A stretch of 63,221 nt of DNA, filler included, from Bigelowiella natans CCMP2755 (lineage: Eukaryota > Protista > Cercozoa): the NCBI GenBank assembly GCA_000320545.1. It is 5 parts of 5 records of this genome, joined end to end, with 100 filler letters (N's around TTAATTAATTAA, not from the genome) between each part and the next. Parts side by side here need not be neighbours in the genome. Positions count along the whole stretch, not along the records: positions 28,680 to 41,516 come from ADNK01000990.1; positions 41,617 to 54,901 come from ADNK01002647.1; 3 more parts are not named here. One strand, written 5' to 3'. Under the pieces are notes generated by a model. It was not told the origin of the DNA and searched no databases. It was given only the letters and a program-made list of their open reading frames with translations. Positions 34,504 to 48,774 of the stretch are shown piece by piece (position 1 is the first letter of the stretch; every line of letters begins with the position of its first letter). The translations under genes were made by a program, and so were the position numbers.

Positions 34504-35116
34504 AAGCTTTACAGATTTCTACTACGATTCAAGCGAACAAACACAATTTATATATGCGCTGCAGCCACAGCTTTGCACAGGCATGTACTGCACTAGAATG
34601 AATACGTACTGATGGAATGGCTTCATTCTATTACGCCCGTCTTACAATTCAAGTGGGTTTTGGGTTAGAATCCATTGAAACAGTAAGAGCCATGCGCTGT
34701 AGGTGTAAATGCACCAACGTAGCACCGCTCCCGATGTTGCGCATTTGCATTCTCATGCGCTCACCGCCTAGCTCGTCCAGCCTCGCTAGCTCGCTCTCAT
34801 AGCCTGTAGTTGCAGCTAGCGCACATGGGCATTAGATTACAACAATATGTTGGCGCTACTGCGTAGATGTACTATAAGCGCAACATGTGCATGCGAAGAG
34901 GATTTTTCTTCTTCGCTCCTTCTTCATACCGATGCACACAACGTGCCGTTTTCACATTTTTCACTAAAGAACTTCCATATATCCACTGAAGCCACTCATT
35001 TCTTGTACCATGCCAGCCATCAATAACAACTAAGATTTTTTTTCAAGGGAGCGGGAGGAGTTGGGCGCTAGTGTTTGGCCGTGGTTGTCGTTCTAATAAA
35101 GCTGCCGCCGGGCTTT

Positions 35117-36233
35117 CTACTTGCTATTTCTTGCACTATTTCTGTTGTTACTACTACTACTACTACTATTATTACTACAACTACTACTACCAAGCTTGTT
35201 ACTGCTACTATTCTTGCCTCTCGTCGCCGATGAAGAGGCGGCATTGGCAATTATGCGCTGCCGTATAGGGGGTGGCTCTGTTTCGTCAAGGAGTTGGTAT
35301 CCCCCTGCTCCAAAGGGCCCCGTAGTGGCGGTCCGGCCGTGAGAATAGTAATTTTGCTGTTGCTGGTGGTGGTGGTGGCGGGGGGGGGGGTGCCGCGATG
35401 GATGCTGCTGCTGATGGTGGTGGTGGTTGTGCTTAGTGTCGCGCCCCGCTCCCCCTAGCTCTCCTGTGCTCTCCTCCGCTCCAGCTACTAATGCTGCTGC
35501 TGCTGCTGCTGCTGCTGCTCCTGCATCGTCATTGCTGGGAGAATGCAGCCGCTCATAGAAGCCTAATCCCTGAGCCGAGTAGTAAGGGAATCGACTGACC
35601 TTGTTGAAGAAAGGCCGTATGTAGTTCAGGTCAAGGTGAGCGAGCCATGACGAGAAATCGTCAACCTCGCCACCGCCCCCTCCCCCCCGCCTGCTGCTGC
35701 TGCTGCTGCTGGCTCGGCGCCCTGCCGGCTCTCCGGGGAGCGCTTTGTAATCGTCTCCTGGGGGAATGGGGGACGGCACAACACGTGGCAGTGGGCAGGA
35801 GAGGAGAGGGAGGGGGGGCGGTGGTGATGGTGAGGCTGATGGTCGGCACTGATGACCGGACGTATTAAAGATTCTCTCTCTCTCTCTCTCTCTCTCCCTC
35901 CCTCTCTCCCTCTACTCGCTGCGTGTAAAACACACACACACACACACACATACACACACTCACGCACGTGTAAGTAAATCTCAACACTCAGTAAGAACCC
36001 CCCCCCCTCTCTCACCACCTTGAACGTTCCCGAGAAGGGCTCTGTCATCCTCGTCGTCACCACCGCCGCTTTCGTCGCCGTGCGGATAGTGGTTGCCATC
36101 GCCATTGTCCTCACTAACCACCATTATCGTCAATGCCATCGTCAACATCAATTTGCGACAAGCAAATCATCATCTGAACACTCTCATTTTGAAGCGAGCA
36201 GGCTTGGTTGGTCATTCTCTCGTTTCTCTTCCT

Positions 36234-36304
<71 letters not shown>

Positions 36305-37222
36305 CTACTCACATCCAAGACCCCGAGAGAATGGAGTCGCTCCGTGGCTTTTTGGTTGTGCTGTTGGACGCTCGCTGCGAGGAAGGGCATCATTCATTAA
36401 AAAGAAATACGGGCATACATGTATACACACATGTGTATATGTGTATAATATACATATTGGATGATGACACACACGTGCGACCACTATTTTCAGGAATGCT
36501 TGATGTCTCTTTCTCTCTCTCTCTCTCTCACTCAAATACTCTCTTTCTCTCTCTTTCTCCCCCACACACACACACACACACACACACAAACCCCACATCC
36601 GCACATGGTCAAGTCACAAAATTATCTGAATTCAGGCAATACGCACACGCACACGCACACGCACACGCACACGCACACGCACACGCACATCTTTTCCGAT
36701 CTACGTGCCTCTTCCCTCCCCCCCCCCAACCCCCCCCCCCTTCTCTCTGCTTATCTCTCTCTCCCCCTCACTGTCGTCTCCCTACTAAGTACCCTTGGAG
36801 CTTTGAGTCCCTTCATGCCTACGCCGTGTCATCGTAACGAAGAAGAAGAAGAAGAAGACGAAGAAGAAGAAGAAGAGAAAGAAGAACAAAGAGGAAGGGA
36901 AAGAAAGCAAGATGATTAGGTACGGCGGCGACCAAAAAGTAGTTTCAAGCCAACCTACACTACAACGACAATTGACAAAACAATAAAAGCTCTCCTCCTC
37001 TTTCCTCTTGCGTTGGTTCTTTTTCTTCTTCTCTCTTCTTCTTCATCATCATCACCCGGAGGCGAGCGCTGCGACATAATGCCGCGGATGGGGGTTGTGT
37101 TTGGTGGAAAAAGCACTCGAACGACCGGCCCCAGTGCGCTGTGGCAGAAAGAGAAGAGGGACATGGGGGGGGGAAGGGGGGCATGAGGAAATCATTGGAA
37201 GTCTGCGTGCTTCTAGCAATCA

Positions 37223-37266
<44 letters not shown>

Positions 37267-37498
37267 GGGGCATGCACAGTAACAGATTCTCATCAATGAT
37301 ATCTCGATGACGACGTTGATATTAAGACACTTCACAATTGTATCAACTCATGTTCTCCCCCCCCCCCCCGGAGAGAGAGAGAGGGAGAGGGGAGGGAGGA
37401 AAGAGCTCCTTTCCCTGCTGTCGTTCTTACCTTCCGAAGAAGAAATTCGTGAATAGCACAACCTGAGAGGAGGAGGAGGAGGAGAGGAAGGGCAAGAG

Positions 37499-37539
<41 letters not shown>

Positions 37540-38041
37540 CACCCCAATCGCAGGCAGCATTGACATCATCACCCTCCTCCCCCTCCTCTTCCTCTTCCTC
37601 ATCATCATTATCATTTAACTTTTATTTTTACATCCCTGCTACTCCTCCGCCTCCTCCTACTACTACTACCCCGAGCGTTGTGGTGTGCACGGTCTCGGCA
37701 TTCGCGTCGTTTGGCCACACCTGTTGGATATACATAACATACATATCACTGGCTCGCCAGAGGAGCGGTAGCAGCAGCAGCAGGACCATCGCCGCAGGGC
37801 ACGTTGCTTCTTTTTGTATGTATTTGGCTACATCCGTTAGTAGTAGTAGTACCAAACATAAGGCGTAGGACACTGCACCCCTCACCGAAGCAAGATTCAG
37901 CACAACCTGTCATCAAATCACCGGTGTTAATGATCATCGAGGTCGGCTCTCGAGCGGAGAATGGCAGGAGAGAAGGACGGGAGGGGAGGGAGCAAAAGCA
38001 ATAATCCCAGAGGCATATCCGTGCTGATGATCGGATACTGG

Positions 38042-38073
<32 letters not shown>

Positions 38074-38401
38074 GTCATTATCATCATCAACAAGCGACCT
38101 GCTCCTTCCAGGATAGCGTCTCATAACCGAATAGATTGAGGTAGGCGCAGGTCAGCAACACGACGATGAATCGTAAGACCACCTGAGCCAATTTGAGGGG
38201 TGATAACGATTAGATTATACACGACGGGTATTGATGAAGACAACTAGGATGAGGATGAGGGGGTGAGGATGATGATTATGATGACATCAACGATTGCCGT
38301 TGGACGAAATCATGGTACTTGGAGAGGAGATCCAATCAAATCAAAGAATTGCAACCTCTTTACAGAAGAGAAAAGCAAGACCGTATCATCGCATTTTTGT
38401 G

Positions 38402-38443
<42 letters not shown>

Positions 38444-39228
38444 GGGAGGAGGGGGGGATGGTTCTGCCGCACATCTTCTATGGTTTTACCATGAGCACTA
38501 GGGCTAAGATCAGGACGGGAACGCTTTGGGTCCACGCCCACGAATCGTCATGAAGGCTACGAAAAATGCAGAGGAGAGACCGACAGATCAGCACAACTGC
38601 AAACACAAAAACTAACTACATGTGTTCCCCTCGTGGATGGTTTTTGTAGACATCATGTAGTGTTACCTCCCCCCCCCCCCCCCTCCACCTCCACTAGCAG
38701 TACATTAGGAACAATTGGAAAGTGACCTTACTGACGTGTTTACCCCGATTTGAAAGAAAATGAACGTCTCGGCCACCTGAGAAGAACGACGACTTTTTAA
38801 TTTACTTTTTGTTGGAAAATCAAACATACAATACTATGTTTGTGTTTACATTGCATACAGCACTTCATGGTACACAAAAGATACTCATAATCTACACGAC
38901 TACTGCCACCATTATCACCACTATCATCATCATCATCATCATCATCATCATCGTCATCGTCATCGTCATCATCGTCGCCACTCCTCCTCCTCACCCATCC
39001 CCAGCTCTTAAACAGCGTTCTTGTCGCCAGCCGTGATTCAGGACTCAGGTGACTATCGTTGAAGTGAGCAAGGGCAAACCCTACAGCAACAGCAGCAGCA
39101 GCAGCAGTGTTATTCGTCTCCATGAATCCCACACAAACACACAAACACACTTCCTCTTAACACCACCAAAACCTACTTCTTCTCCCTGCCCCACCCCCCT
39201 TCGACTACTGGCTACTACCATTACTACG

Positions 39229-39262
<34 letters not shown>

Positions 39263-39400
39263 GCTGCTCGCTTGTGGCCACTACTACCGCAAGAGAAAAG
39301 AGAGATGAATTCGGAGAAGATTGGAATGGGCGCGAATACGAAATACGAAAGATAGCCGAAGGCCTCCGGTGATCAAGAACTCCCCCTACACGCAGGTATG

Positions 39401-39436
<36 letters not shown>

Positions 39437-39504
39437 CAAGGAAGGACAAAGAGAAGAGAGGGGGGCATTAAAGAGAACGGATGAATATGGAGAAAATATA
39501 ATTT

Positions 39505-39545
<41 letters not shown>

Positions 39546-40183
39546 ATATATTATGCTTTAACTACTATACTCATCATCCGGCGCGATGTGGACGACTTTA
39601 GCCGAGATTGCAATGGAGCCCACCCCCCCCTCCCCCCTCCTCCCTCCATCCTCTGTCGCCGAGGCGGATCATCTATGTGGCAGAGATTACCTGGGGACGG
39701 TTCTTCAGCCGTGTGTAGCTGGTGGTAACAGCACACAGTATAGCGATGGCGCTCCCCCCCAGGATCGAAATGGCAAAGATCAAAGGCACCAGTACCGACC
39801 TGGTGCACCTGTTGAACCAAGTGCGTGTGGGGGGGGGAGGGGGAGAGATTTGAAGCCATCACACCTCGTCATCATCAGCATCATCAGCATCATCATCATC
39901 ATCATCGTCATCATCATCCTCATCCTCCCACGTACCGAGGTAATCTTGCCCCAGTCGTCTGGGAAATAGTTCTCTGGGAAAGCGTGGCCTGTGTGCCTAC
40001 GCGATGATGTGGGAGAAGAGGAGGAGGAAGAGGAAGAGAGCAATGACCGCCGTCATGAGAATGCGCAGCGGAATGAAGAGAGAAGAGGGGGTGGACGGGT
40101 GATTGGGAAAGGGAAGAAAGGCGAGGAGCCATCCGAATTAGCTCTGATAAAACGAATACATATCTATATTACTGCGCGTGCGT

Positions 40184-40214
<31 letters not shown>

Positions 40215-40884
40215 CTGCTGCTGCTGCTGCTGCGACCAGAAGAGAACTATTCCGACGCCGTCGTTGACTAAGCTTTCCCCTTCCGTTATAGAGATGAGAG
40301 ATTTTGTCTTCGATGTGGCCCTGCATGGACAAGCAAACGGATTGAGCAAAAAAAAGCATCGACGAATCGACTACCAACGCGCAGCACTACTTTAAGATGC
40401 AACTACAGATACTGGACAGCGAAACACCACAACGAGCAATGAAAAATGGCAATGAACGGTTATATTCTTTACTACGTGTGTGCCCCCCACCCCCCCTCCC
40501 CACACGCACATAGCACGTTTCAAATCTTTTTTATTATCAAATACGGGATATTCTTGAAGATAGACAGCACGGCAACAACGTCTGTAGGAGCGATAAGAGC
40601 AGCTAGGAATAATTGGAAAAGCACAAAAATACGCATGGGGAAAGGAGGGAGGAAGAGGGATTGGGTTAAGCTTCAAGCATTAAACTCGAAGTGTGAAAAT
40701 CATCGTATTTAGTCTATTCTCGGCCTCGGAAATCGTCATGAATACATGCATTTTACCCAGGTGAATGGAATCCTCCATCGTGAATGAGTCACCGATCTTG
40801 TTGTAGCCAAAACACACACACATACACACACACGTGTCAAACACACACACACAAAACACACACATATCTACACATTACGAAATG

Positions 40885-40928
<44 letters not shown>

Positions 40929-40940
40929 GGTGGGGGGGGG

Positions 40941-40978
<38 letters not shown>

Positions 40979-41250
40979 GGTGGGGGGGGGGAAGAGAGAG
41001 AGATCTGTGTCGCATTGTGCTGTATCTTTACCATGAGGCCACAAGGGTCGACATACCATACAAAACGAGTAGAAACAAACTGCGAACAGTATAGCATTGA
41101 CGTACCTAAACAGGAAGAGATATTAATATTTCGTGCGGGAGGGAAGGGTGGGGAGGGAGGGCAATTAATACTTACGTGCCAACTATTCCCAACATGAAAA
41201 TGCTGTGGGAGTGGTCAAAGAACAGCTTGCGGTTCATATTGTAGCTGAAG
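35117..41250 (-). CDS. Na+/H+ exchanger (CPA1/NHX-NHE family), 5' truncated
   Basis: YNMNRKLFFDHSHSIFMLGIVGT, SLIAPTDVVAVLSIF, ITEGESLVNDGVGIVLF (GESxxND), VAETFIFFQIG, SVRGAVSYAL and TTTLG|VLFTNFFFG, followed by a low-complexity C-terminal tail. Confidence 0.88.
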
Positions 41251-41516
41251 ACAAATAATAAGAATTCACGAGTAAGACACGTGAAAACGTATTCGTGTAT
41301 AGCAAATTTTGTACAAGCGCGGGCGGGCGCGTGAATGTAGGTGGATGGTGCGCATGTGTTTGTTTTGCGTCAGTGTGTGTATGTGTGTGATCCGATTATT
41401 GGGAATTCGTTGCATCTACATCATTTATCGTCAACACATAAGAATTTCATAGGCTCAAAACACGTGCGCGTGCGCGCGCGCACACACACATCCAGAGAGA
41501 GAGAGAGAGAGAGAGA

Positions 41517-41616
41517 NNNNNNNNNNNNNNNNNNNNNNNNNNNNNNNNNNNNNNNNNNNNTTAATTAATTAANNNNNNNNNNNNNNNNNNNNNNNNNNNN
41601 NNNNNNNNNNNNNNNN
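41517..41616. other. Artificial contig linker
   Basis: N44-TTAATTAATTAA-N44. Confidence 0.97.
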
Positions 41617-41706
41617 GAAATCATCACTCCAATGGCCACGGTCGTGGGACGAATGGTGTATGCTATCACCCCCTTGAGCTTGGCTATATAATATTTTATA
41701 TGTATA

Positions 41707-41743
<37 letters not shown>

Positions 41744-41873
41744 CACCGTCATCCACGCGCTGCTGTTTTCTTTTTGGTGACTCTTGAGGCTGAATCCAAT
41801 GCATGTTTCGAGCCGAGCTAAAGACGGATTTACTTCGTGTTGTTTGTTGTGGTTATGTGCATGATAATCGTAG

Positions 41874-42078
41874 TATATCCTCGTGCCGATCTACATCGTC
41901 AGGACGGGAGTCATGAATTGGTTGTTTGCTGGGCGATTTTTTGCCTGAAATTGTGCCGAGAGCTGCGGCATGCGCCTGCGTTATTGCCCAGCTTTCGATG
42001 AGGATGATAGCGCCGATGGGGCCTTTTGTGTAGAAGATGAGACGCCCCCTCCTCTATTATATATCAATATATAAATGA

Positions 42079-42122
<44 letters not shown>

Positions 42123-42124
42123 TA

Positions 42125-42155
<31 letters not shown>

Positions 42156-42668
42156 GTGTGTGTGTTTGTGTGTGCAAGTGAGAGAATGATCGTCTACATT
42201 TGTTTGCGTCAGCACCTACCCCTTGGACGAATCGATATTGATGGATTTCTGCCGCAAGGTGTGTAGCGGTGTAGTCGCTCGTGGAGGGTGGCATGATGGT
42301 GATGATGATGACGATGATGACGAAGACGATGTCTCTTTGCAGCATCTTTGCAGCACGTTGATATGATGAGATGGTGTTGTTGTGAGCGGCCAACTCGTTT
42401 TATATATAGTTTTAGAATCCCGATGTTACAGTGATGATGGCAGCTATGCATCCTTTACTCTACCCAGCGTTTGCATGTTCTCCCACCCTCTCCGTCCCCC
42501 CCCCCCTCTCCTCTCTCTCCTCTCTTTTCTCTCCTCTCTTTGAATGGGGGAGATTGAGGAAAATCTGTTATTCTTCCGGGTTTGATTTGCCGCTGTGAGT
42601 GCCAGTAATGAAAAGATATATATATTTTTAATGAGTTCTGTACACATATTATTAATAGTTGTGTGTAT

Positions 42669-42699
<31 letters not shown>

Positions 42700-43677
42700 C
42701 GTGCTCGCGCCTTTCGCCTACAAAGGAGCAGCGGGCGCGTTGGAAGAGCTTGGAGTCTATCTCTGCCTTTGGGTGGTGTGGGTCAGCGGTGCTAGGGGTA
42801 CTAGCTACTAACGAATAACTACTAACGAATACTAACTACTAACGAATAACTACTGCTACTGTCACTGTCACTGCCACGACGGCGAAGAAGAAGAAGAAGA
42901 AGAAGAAGAAGAAGAAGAAAGAGGAATGATGTCAGGGGGTTCTCGCATTTGCAAGCAGTCTTTTACCCAAAAAGCATCGTTAAACAACCCCCCCCCCCCG
43001 CCTCCTTCTTTCCTCGGTTGACGAAAGACTCTTTATTCCCCCCAATGATAAATCCCATTTGACCCCCCAAGCTTGCATTGCACACCCTTTGGGGAGAAAG
43101 GAGAGAGGAGGGGAGGGGGTAGGACAAACGTCAGAACAATGGTAGTAGCTTTCTCGTTGAATGAATAAAGCTGTTGGTCCTCTTGTGAGCTTATTGTTTG
43201 TGCTGTGGTTGCAGGGAATCTTAGGAGACGCACATGGATATAGCTTCACATTCCTAATCACAGCGATGATCCAGGTCGAATTGGTGCTGTCTCTGGTTGT
43301 TGTTGCTGCTGCTGCTGCTGCGTGTTTTCTGGGGGGGGGGGGGGCAGCGCCGGGGAGAGAAAGAGAGCTGCCCCCTTTTGCAATGTGGACTAGGCTGCGT
43401 CTTTAAAGCGCTCTCCTGTGATGTTCTAGGGATCGTCGATTCTCCTCACTGCGTCGTTGCTGCCTCTTGTCCCGGTTGATGAGAAGGCAAGATCCGAGGT
43501 GACGGCTCCTTGCTTTTTATATTTTTCGATGACTAATGTATGCATTGCTTATGGCGTGGTCGGCGAACGATGGGCTGCGTCCATTGTCCTTCGCTACAGG
43601 CCCGAACGATCATGACTAGAACGTTGGTGATTACGATGATGACGATGATGACGATGATGACGATGATGATGATGGCG

Positions 43678-43748
<71 letters not shown>

Positions 43749-43896
43749 ATCTTGTGTGTGCTATGTCACATTTGTACAGTCTATCAGCACTGCTTCCTAC
43801 AATGAAGAAGAAGGCTTGTGGGATGGGAAGTCTGATGTGAGAGCTTTGTTGGACCCTTGTGAGGGAGATCGGGGAGTTGGGGGATCCATTCAATAA
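41874..43896 (+). CDS. MFS transporter, C-terminal portion (5' truncated)
   Basis: Stitched: YILVPIYIVRTGVMNC|STYPLDESILMDFCRK|EQRARWKSLESISAFGWCGSAVLGG|ILGDAHGYSFTFLITAMIQ|GSSILLTASLLPLVP. This is the typical MFS TM10-12 pattern. Confidence 0.8.
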
Positions 43897-44436
43897 TAGC
43901 TATAATGTAACTAATGATCACTATAATCGACACGACATCAACATCTAGACATGCATGTTCAGCTACATTGCGAGGTGTCAATGTCACGTAGTTGTTAGCA
44001 TCATTTATTGCTGTTGCATGCGCATCTCGCATGCTAGCATGCATGTCTAGATGTGCATCATGATATCATCATGTGCTGTCTAGCTGTGCCGCATGCTTGC
44101 ATGTGGCGCACATGCATGTGTCATCTGTCCTACTAGCTAGCTAGCGGTAGTCGCAGCATGTCGATGCGAGCGATGTAATTTGTTTTCCGCCGCTGGATCC
44201 TTTCATCTACCTAGCTAGCTAGCTAGTCATTGTGTTCGTGTGCGATTAATATCAACAATATTTTTCAACGCCAAAAATGTGCCCCCATGCATGCATACTA
44301 AGTAAGGTCGCGGTCACTGCACAGTCAAAACAAATTGGTTGCTGTCGTTCACCACACGCTAGCAAGACACCGCCCACACTAGTATATATGCTACTATGCG
44401 TAATCGTGTTGTTGCAGACTAGCAGAGTAGTCTTTG

Positions 44437-45437
44437 TTAAACATCAACTTCAACGCTAGATGCATCCCTCTCTAACACGAACACAAACGATTCCATGCTA
44501 TCCTTCTCTGCGCGCCTTGCTCTCATTATCCTGAGATCGTCGTCCAGGTATACAATCTGAATTTCAACGGAGTTTTAACATGATTATGTGAACTTGGAAC
44601 TTCATCTGAGCGAAGAGGGAGTGCAAGGTGTTTCCGTGTTGATATTTTCCGTGCGTCATTATTCGCCAGAGGATGTAAATTGAAAAATACCTCCCACAAT
44701 CGGATTTGATCACCAGGCTCAAACTGTTTCGTCGGCAACTTGAAAGGGCCTAGCATATTCCCCACCCTATCGAATTCTATCTCCCTGCGATGGGAGAAAA
44801 TAGCATCAGACGACTGTATCCCTACTATATCTGACAACAGCAATAGCAAGAACATACACGCCTCCTCCACACATGATAATTTAAAATGTAGTAAATCGTA
44901 TCCCTACCACGTATTAGGGTCCCGCACTCGTTGGTTTGCCACCAAGGCCCCCTTCAGGAGGGGCGGAATCACCAAGATGTTTTTAATTATGCCCTCCGAT
45001 AGATCCTGATAAACATCCCCTACGAAAGGGCCGAGCTGGCCACTGGACGGGGCAGCGGGTGAGAAATCGGTGTACAACATGCGCCAAAATCCGTACATTA
45101 ACGGAGAAAGTGCCGGCCTTCCTGTGGGATTAGCACCTTCCAACACATCAACAAGGTCATTTACTTTCGCCCTCTGTGTCGGGGAGGCATTGATGCCGTT
45201 TGGCCGGGTTTCACGGCAAGCCTCGCGCAGCTGGGTCTTAATCTCCTCTCGGACATCGTTCGGTAGCCGCTGTCGCTTGAGCTCAAATAGCCCGTCGAAG
45301 AAAGCTCTTGTCGCAGCAGCTCCCGAAGCTCTGCCCCTTAATATTGTACCGCCTACGCCGCCCCTTCGCGCAAGGGGTGTCCCAGCGCAGCTAGCGGCGA
45401 GGAGGGAAAGGAGGAAAGCTGTGGAGACGCCACCCAT
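44437..45437 (-). CDS. Plastid lipid-associated protein / fibrillin with bipartite targeting leader
   Basis: Signal-like MGGVSTAFLLSLLAASCA, then an R/G/A-rich transit-like segment. The mature part has LVDVLEGANPT..PLMYGFWRMLYT and a last exon IVYLDDDLRIMRA..FVFVLER. Confidence 0.87.
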
Positions 45438-45956
45438 CGTCCACGAAAGTGGCCGGTAGTCAAATCCATCAGCCGAGGGGTTGGGTTCCGTTTATGGAGT
45501 AATTTCCAAATTATCGCTTGTCGCAGTCTCTAAATCCAGAGAAATAATTCCCATCGTATTTCCAAAGTCGCTAAGGAGACGAGACGGGATTCATTCGAGC
45601 GCTGCGTCATCACCGAAAGGCATATTTTGGAGGGATCACGCGGCGTTATTTGTGCGACGGAAAACAGTAGGAAAAGACATTTTAAGATCTTCTTACCGGG
45701 AAGAATGGCTGTCCGTCGGGCAACCAGCCATTGCAGGCCGCAATGCCTCACCTACCGCTCGCTTCACAATTCCAGTTCGGTTCAAAGGTAAGGCTCACCC
45801 CTCCTGCACCAACGCTTTTCCCCAGCCTGTTTGTATTCTCCACAATTCTTTGTTTGAGTCGTAGACTTCTCCTTGCCGACTGCATTCAGACTAGCCTCAT
45901 GGTTTGGGAGACCAAAATCGCAGTGCCCCGAGAAGCGAGGAGGTTATCTTTCAGGA

Positions 45957-46859
45957 ATGGCTTCGCGAAGGTGTTTCATCGCACCTACGCGAGTTGCATT
46001 GCACGGCAGCTTCGAGAGGCAGGTCGGAAAGCACCGAACACGCTTTCAAATTGGACACATAAAATACATAATAGCACCTGCGCAATCTATATCCCCCAAC
46101 CCTCGTCCACGCTCTATTTTCGCAATTATTATTAGCTATTGAATATCATAAATGGGGACGCGCCGCCTCACTTTATGAATGCGCGTTGTTTTTTGTTTTT
46201 CTGGATTAGCCGCCATCGTCGCCGGACGAGGTTGTGGGATTTACTGTGGTGGACCGAGAAGGCAAAACACATAGCATGAAGGGGAAAGTTGGCGATAATC
46301 TCTTGTATCTCTTTCATCACTTCCAGGTAGCAGTGATGGTTTTTTGTACTAGAGAGCGGCCGCCTTCTCCAGGCGAAGATTGAACGAGTCGTGAACGCTT
46401 ACACCTCGAAAAAGCACATTTGAAGAATCCATCCACGTCTCACAATGTTTACCTGTTCGCACATTTCAATAGTGCTTCACTGGCGAATCCGACCAGTAAG
46501 AAGAGGCGCTTTCAAATATTCGCTTGCACTCAATCATTTTGTTGCCGACAGGAATCCGATGAGAAGCTGTATTTGGAAGGCGCGTGCGAGGCATCACTCG
46601 CATGTTCTACGTGCCACGTCATCTTGGATGATGATTCTTATGATAAGGTCGCGGAGTGCTTTTACTTCCATGCGGTGATAGTAGGGCAACGATATGTAAT
46701 ATATGAGAAGCTTCGGCAAGAAATGCACGGGGATTGAGTATCTACGACAGCAGCATTTACAATTAGCGCTTTGAAGCGAGTGTATGTGAGATGGTTAGTT
46801 GTGCTATTAACGGTCTATGATTCGTGCGTGCGTGCGTGCGCGCGCGCACGTGTGTATGT

Positions 46860-46902
<43 letters not shown>

Positions 46903-47363
46903 TGCGTATTTTTACACCGAGGAAGATCTCAAAAGCAAAATGGCAGAGTTGCTGCTGCCAAGCATTTAATTCCTGACTTTCGTGCACCATGACTTAAAAA
47001 GCAGCCAAAAATATCGCTGTTCTTAGTACAATATCATCATAATCATAATCACGTGAAAAATTGTAAATCTTCCACAGCTCGATCTACCGGAGGAGGAGGA
47101 GGATGATATGCTTGATCAAGCTGTAAGTGTGTGAGGTGTAGAAGCAGATATATAGATGTAGGATATGTGTGTGTGTGTGTTATATTATATGTGAGGGAGG
47201 AAGGGGACCGGATGGAGAAGCTAATGTTGGTTTTACGTGACAATTTATGCAGACGTGTCTAACTGCTACCTCTCGCCTTGGGTGCCAGATTATTCTCTCC
47301 AAAGTTGACACTACAAATATTACAGAATCAAATCATGCGTTGGATAATATCCTAATGTGGAGA

Positions 47364-47403
<40 letters not shown>

Positions 47404-47584
47404 TTATTTATTTGTATATAAATGAATGTGGCGCACATACGAATAAACAATGAAATGGCCTGCTTGTTGAGATTTGCGTTGGTGCCTGTACGCATCGTAG
47501 GAGCTGGATGGAATGACTGTGACGTTGCCAAAGTTCAGCAAAAACTTTTATGTCGATGGTAGCGTTTTGATACATCTCCCTCTC

Positions 47585-47633
<49 letters not shown>

Positions 47634-47801
47634 ATGCTCTTACTCGATATATGAAAGTTTTTCTTTCTCCTCGAAAGTATGATATTTCCCTGTTTTTGGT
47701 ACAATCATCAAATACTTTTATCTGCATCTTTCCATTGAGCGTAAATCAATGGAGTTCATTGTGTTTTCGCTCATCTAGGCCACATCCCGCAGCCGCATTA
47801 G
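45957..47801 (+). CDS. Mitochondrial adrenodoxin-type 2Fe-2S ferredoxin
   Basis: KGKVGDNLLYL, LEGACEASLACSTCHVIL, PEEEEDDMLDQA|TCLTATSRLGCQIILSK|ELDGMTVTLP..NFYVDG|HIPQPH*, with a basic presequence. Confidence 0.93.
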
Positions 47802-48774
47802 CTAAGAGGTTGCTTCGAGGAGGCGGCGCATGGTGCCCCGCCAATGTGCGTGCAACTTTGCTGCTCGCAGCTCCGTCCAGAATTCGCGATGGTACGATTG
47901 GCCAAACACGGTATGAGGCGGCTATATTGAGGTGTTTGACGTATACTATTTGCATCAAAGACAACTTAACAATTCACACATTTGCATGTGTGTGTTTGTT
48001 GTACACACTCGATTTGCCACATACGCTGCCGGGTTAGCTACATCTATAGACATGCGTACGTCAGCAGCAATATTCAGCAGCCTGCGATGTAGCCGGCGGC
48101 GGCATAGGGCATGCAGAGACGCAGCCTAGTATCGTGAGCCGCACGCGTATGCGCACGTGCATACGTGGCATGTACATATGAGACGGATACGATGTAATGA
48201 TGTGATTGAATCTTTTCAATGACCCCTATCTAGCTATGTGCAAGACTATGTACACATGCATATGCTAGCTAGCTAGCATGTGTGGCCATGTAAATACAAG
48301 CTAGTATGCTGCTAGCGGCTGCGCAGCGGTGTACGCTTAGGACCATTGTGCATAGACCATATGCTAGCATGTAGGCCATTATTCATGCGCACGATGCATA
48401 CATGCGTAATGCGTAGAGTGACACAATATATAATACCGACTATACTTGTACATGCACAGCAGCTCAAGGCAGTCTAGCAGTGGCGGAGCTACACGCAAAA
48501 GCTATTATTAGATGTTGCAAAAATGCGTTCCAGCGACACGCAATGTAAATGCATTCTGATCGATGCTACATCATGCATGGCAACAATTAAGCCATTAGTG
48601 TGATCCAATAAGCTACAACATATATCTGCTGCGGCTCGCATGGCACGCGTGACACATCTAGACATAGCACACGTATACATGGAAACGTCTTGATATGAGC
48701 TGCCAGCGGCATCACCAGCAATGATAATGATAATGTATACGAAATAAACCACGCTTGGGGGCGAATTGTACCTA

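Noticed and set aside
36020-36919. Many ORF-track entries with poly-HT, SL, ER, CV or YI runs
   Set aside because: These are translations of intronic microsatellites, not proteins.
40887-41004. Duplicated (GA)n-TAGGGT-(G)n block, and a similar short duplication at ~49605-49672
   Set aside because: These look like local slippage duplications of low-complexity intron sequence with no sign of function.
41617-42300. Continuation of the Na+/H+ exchanger on the minus strand past the linker
   Set aside because: The region carries plus-strand MFS exons, and contig adjacency is artificial.
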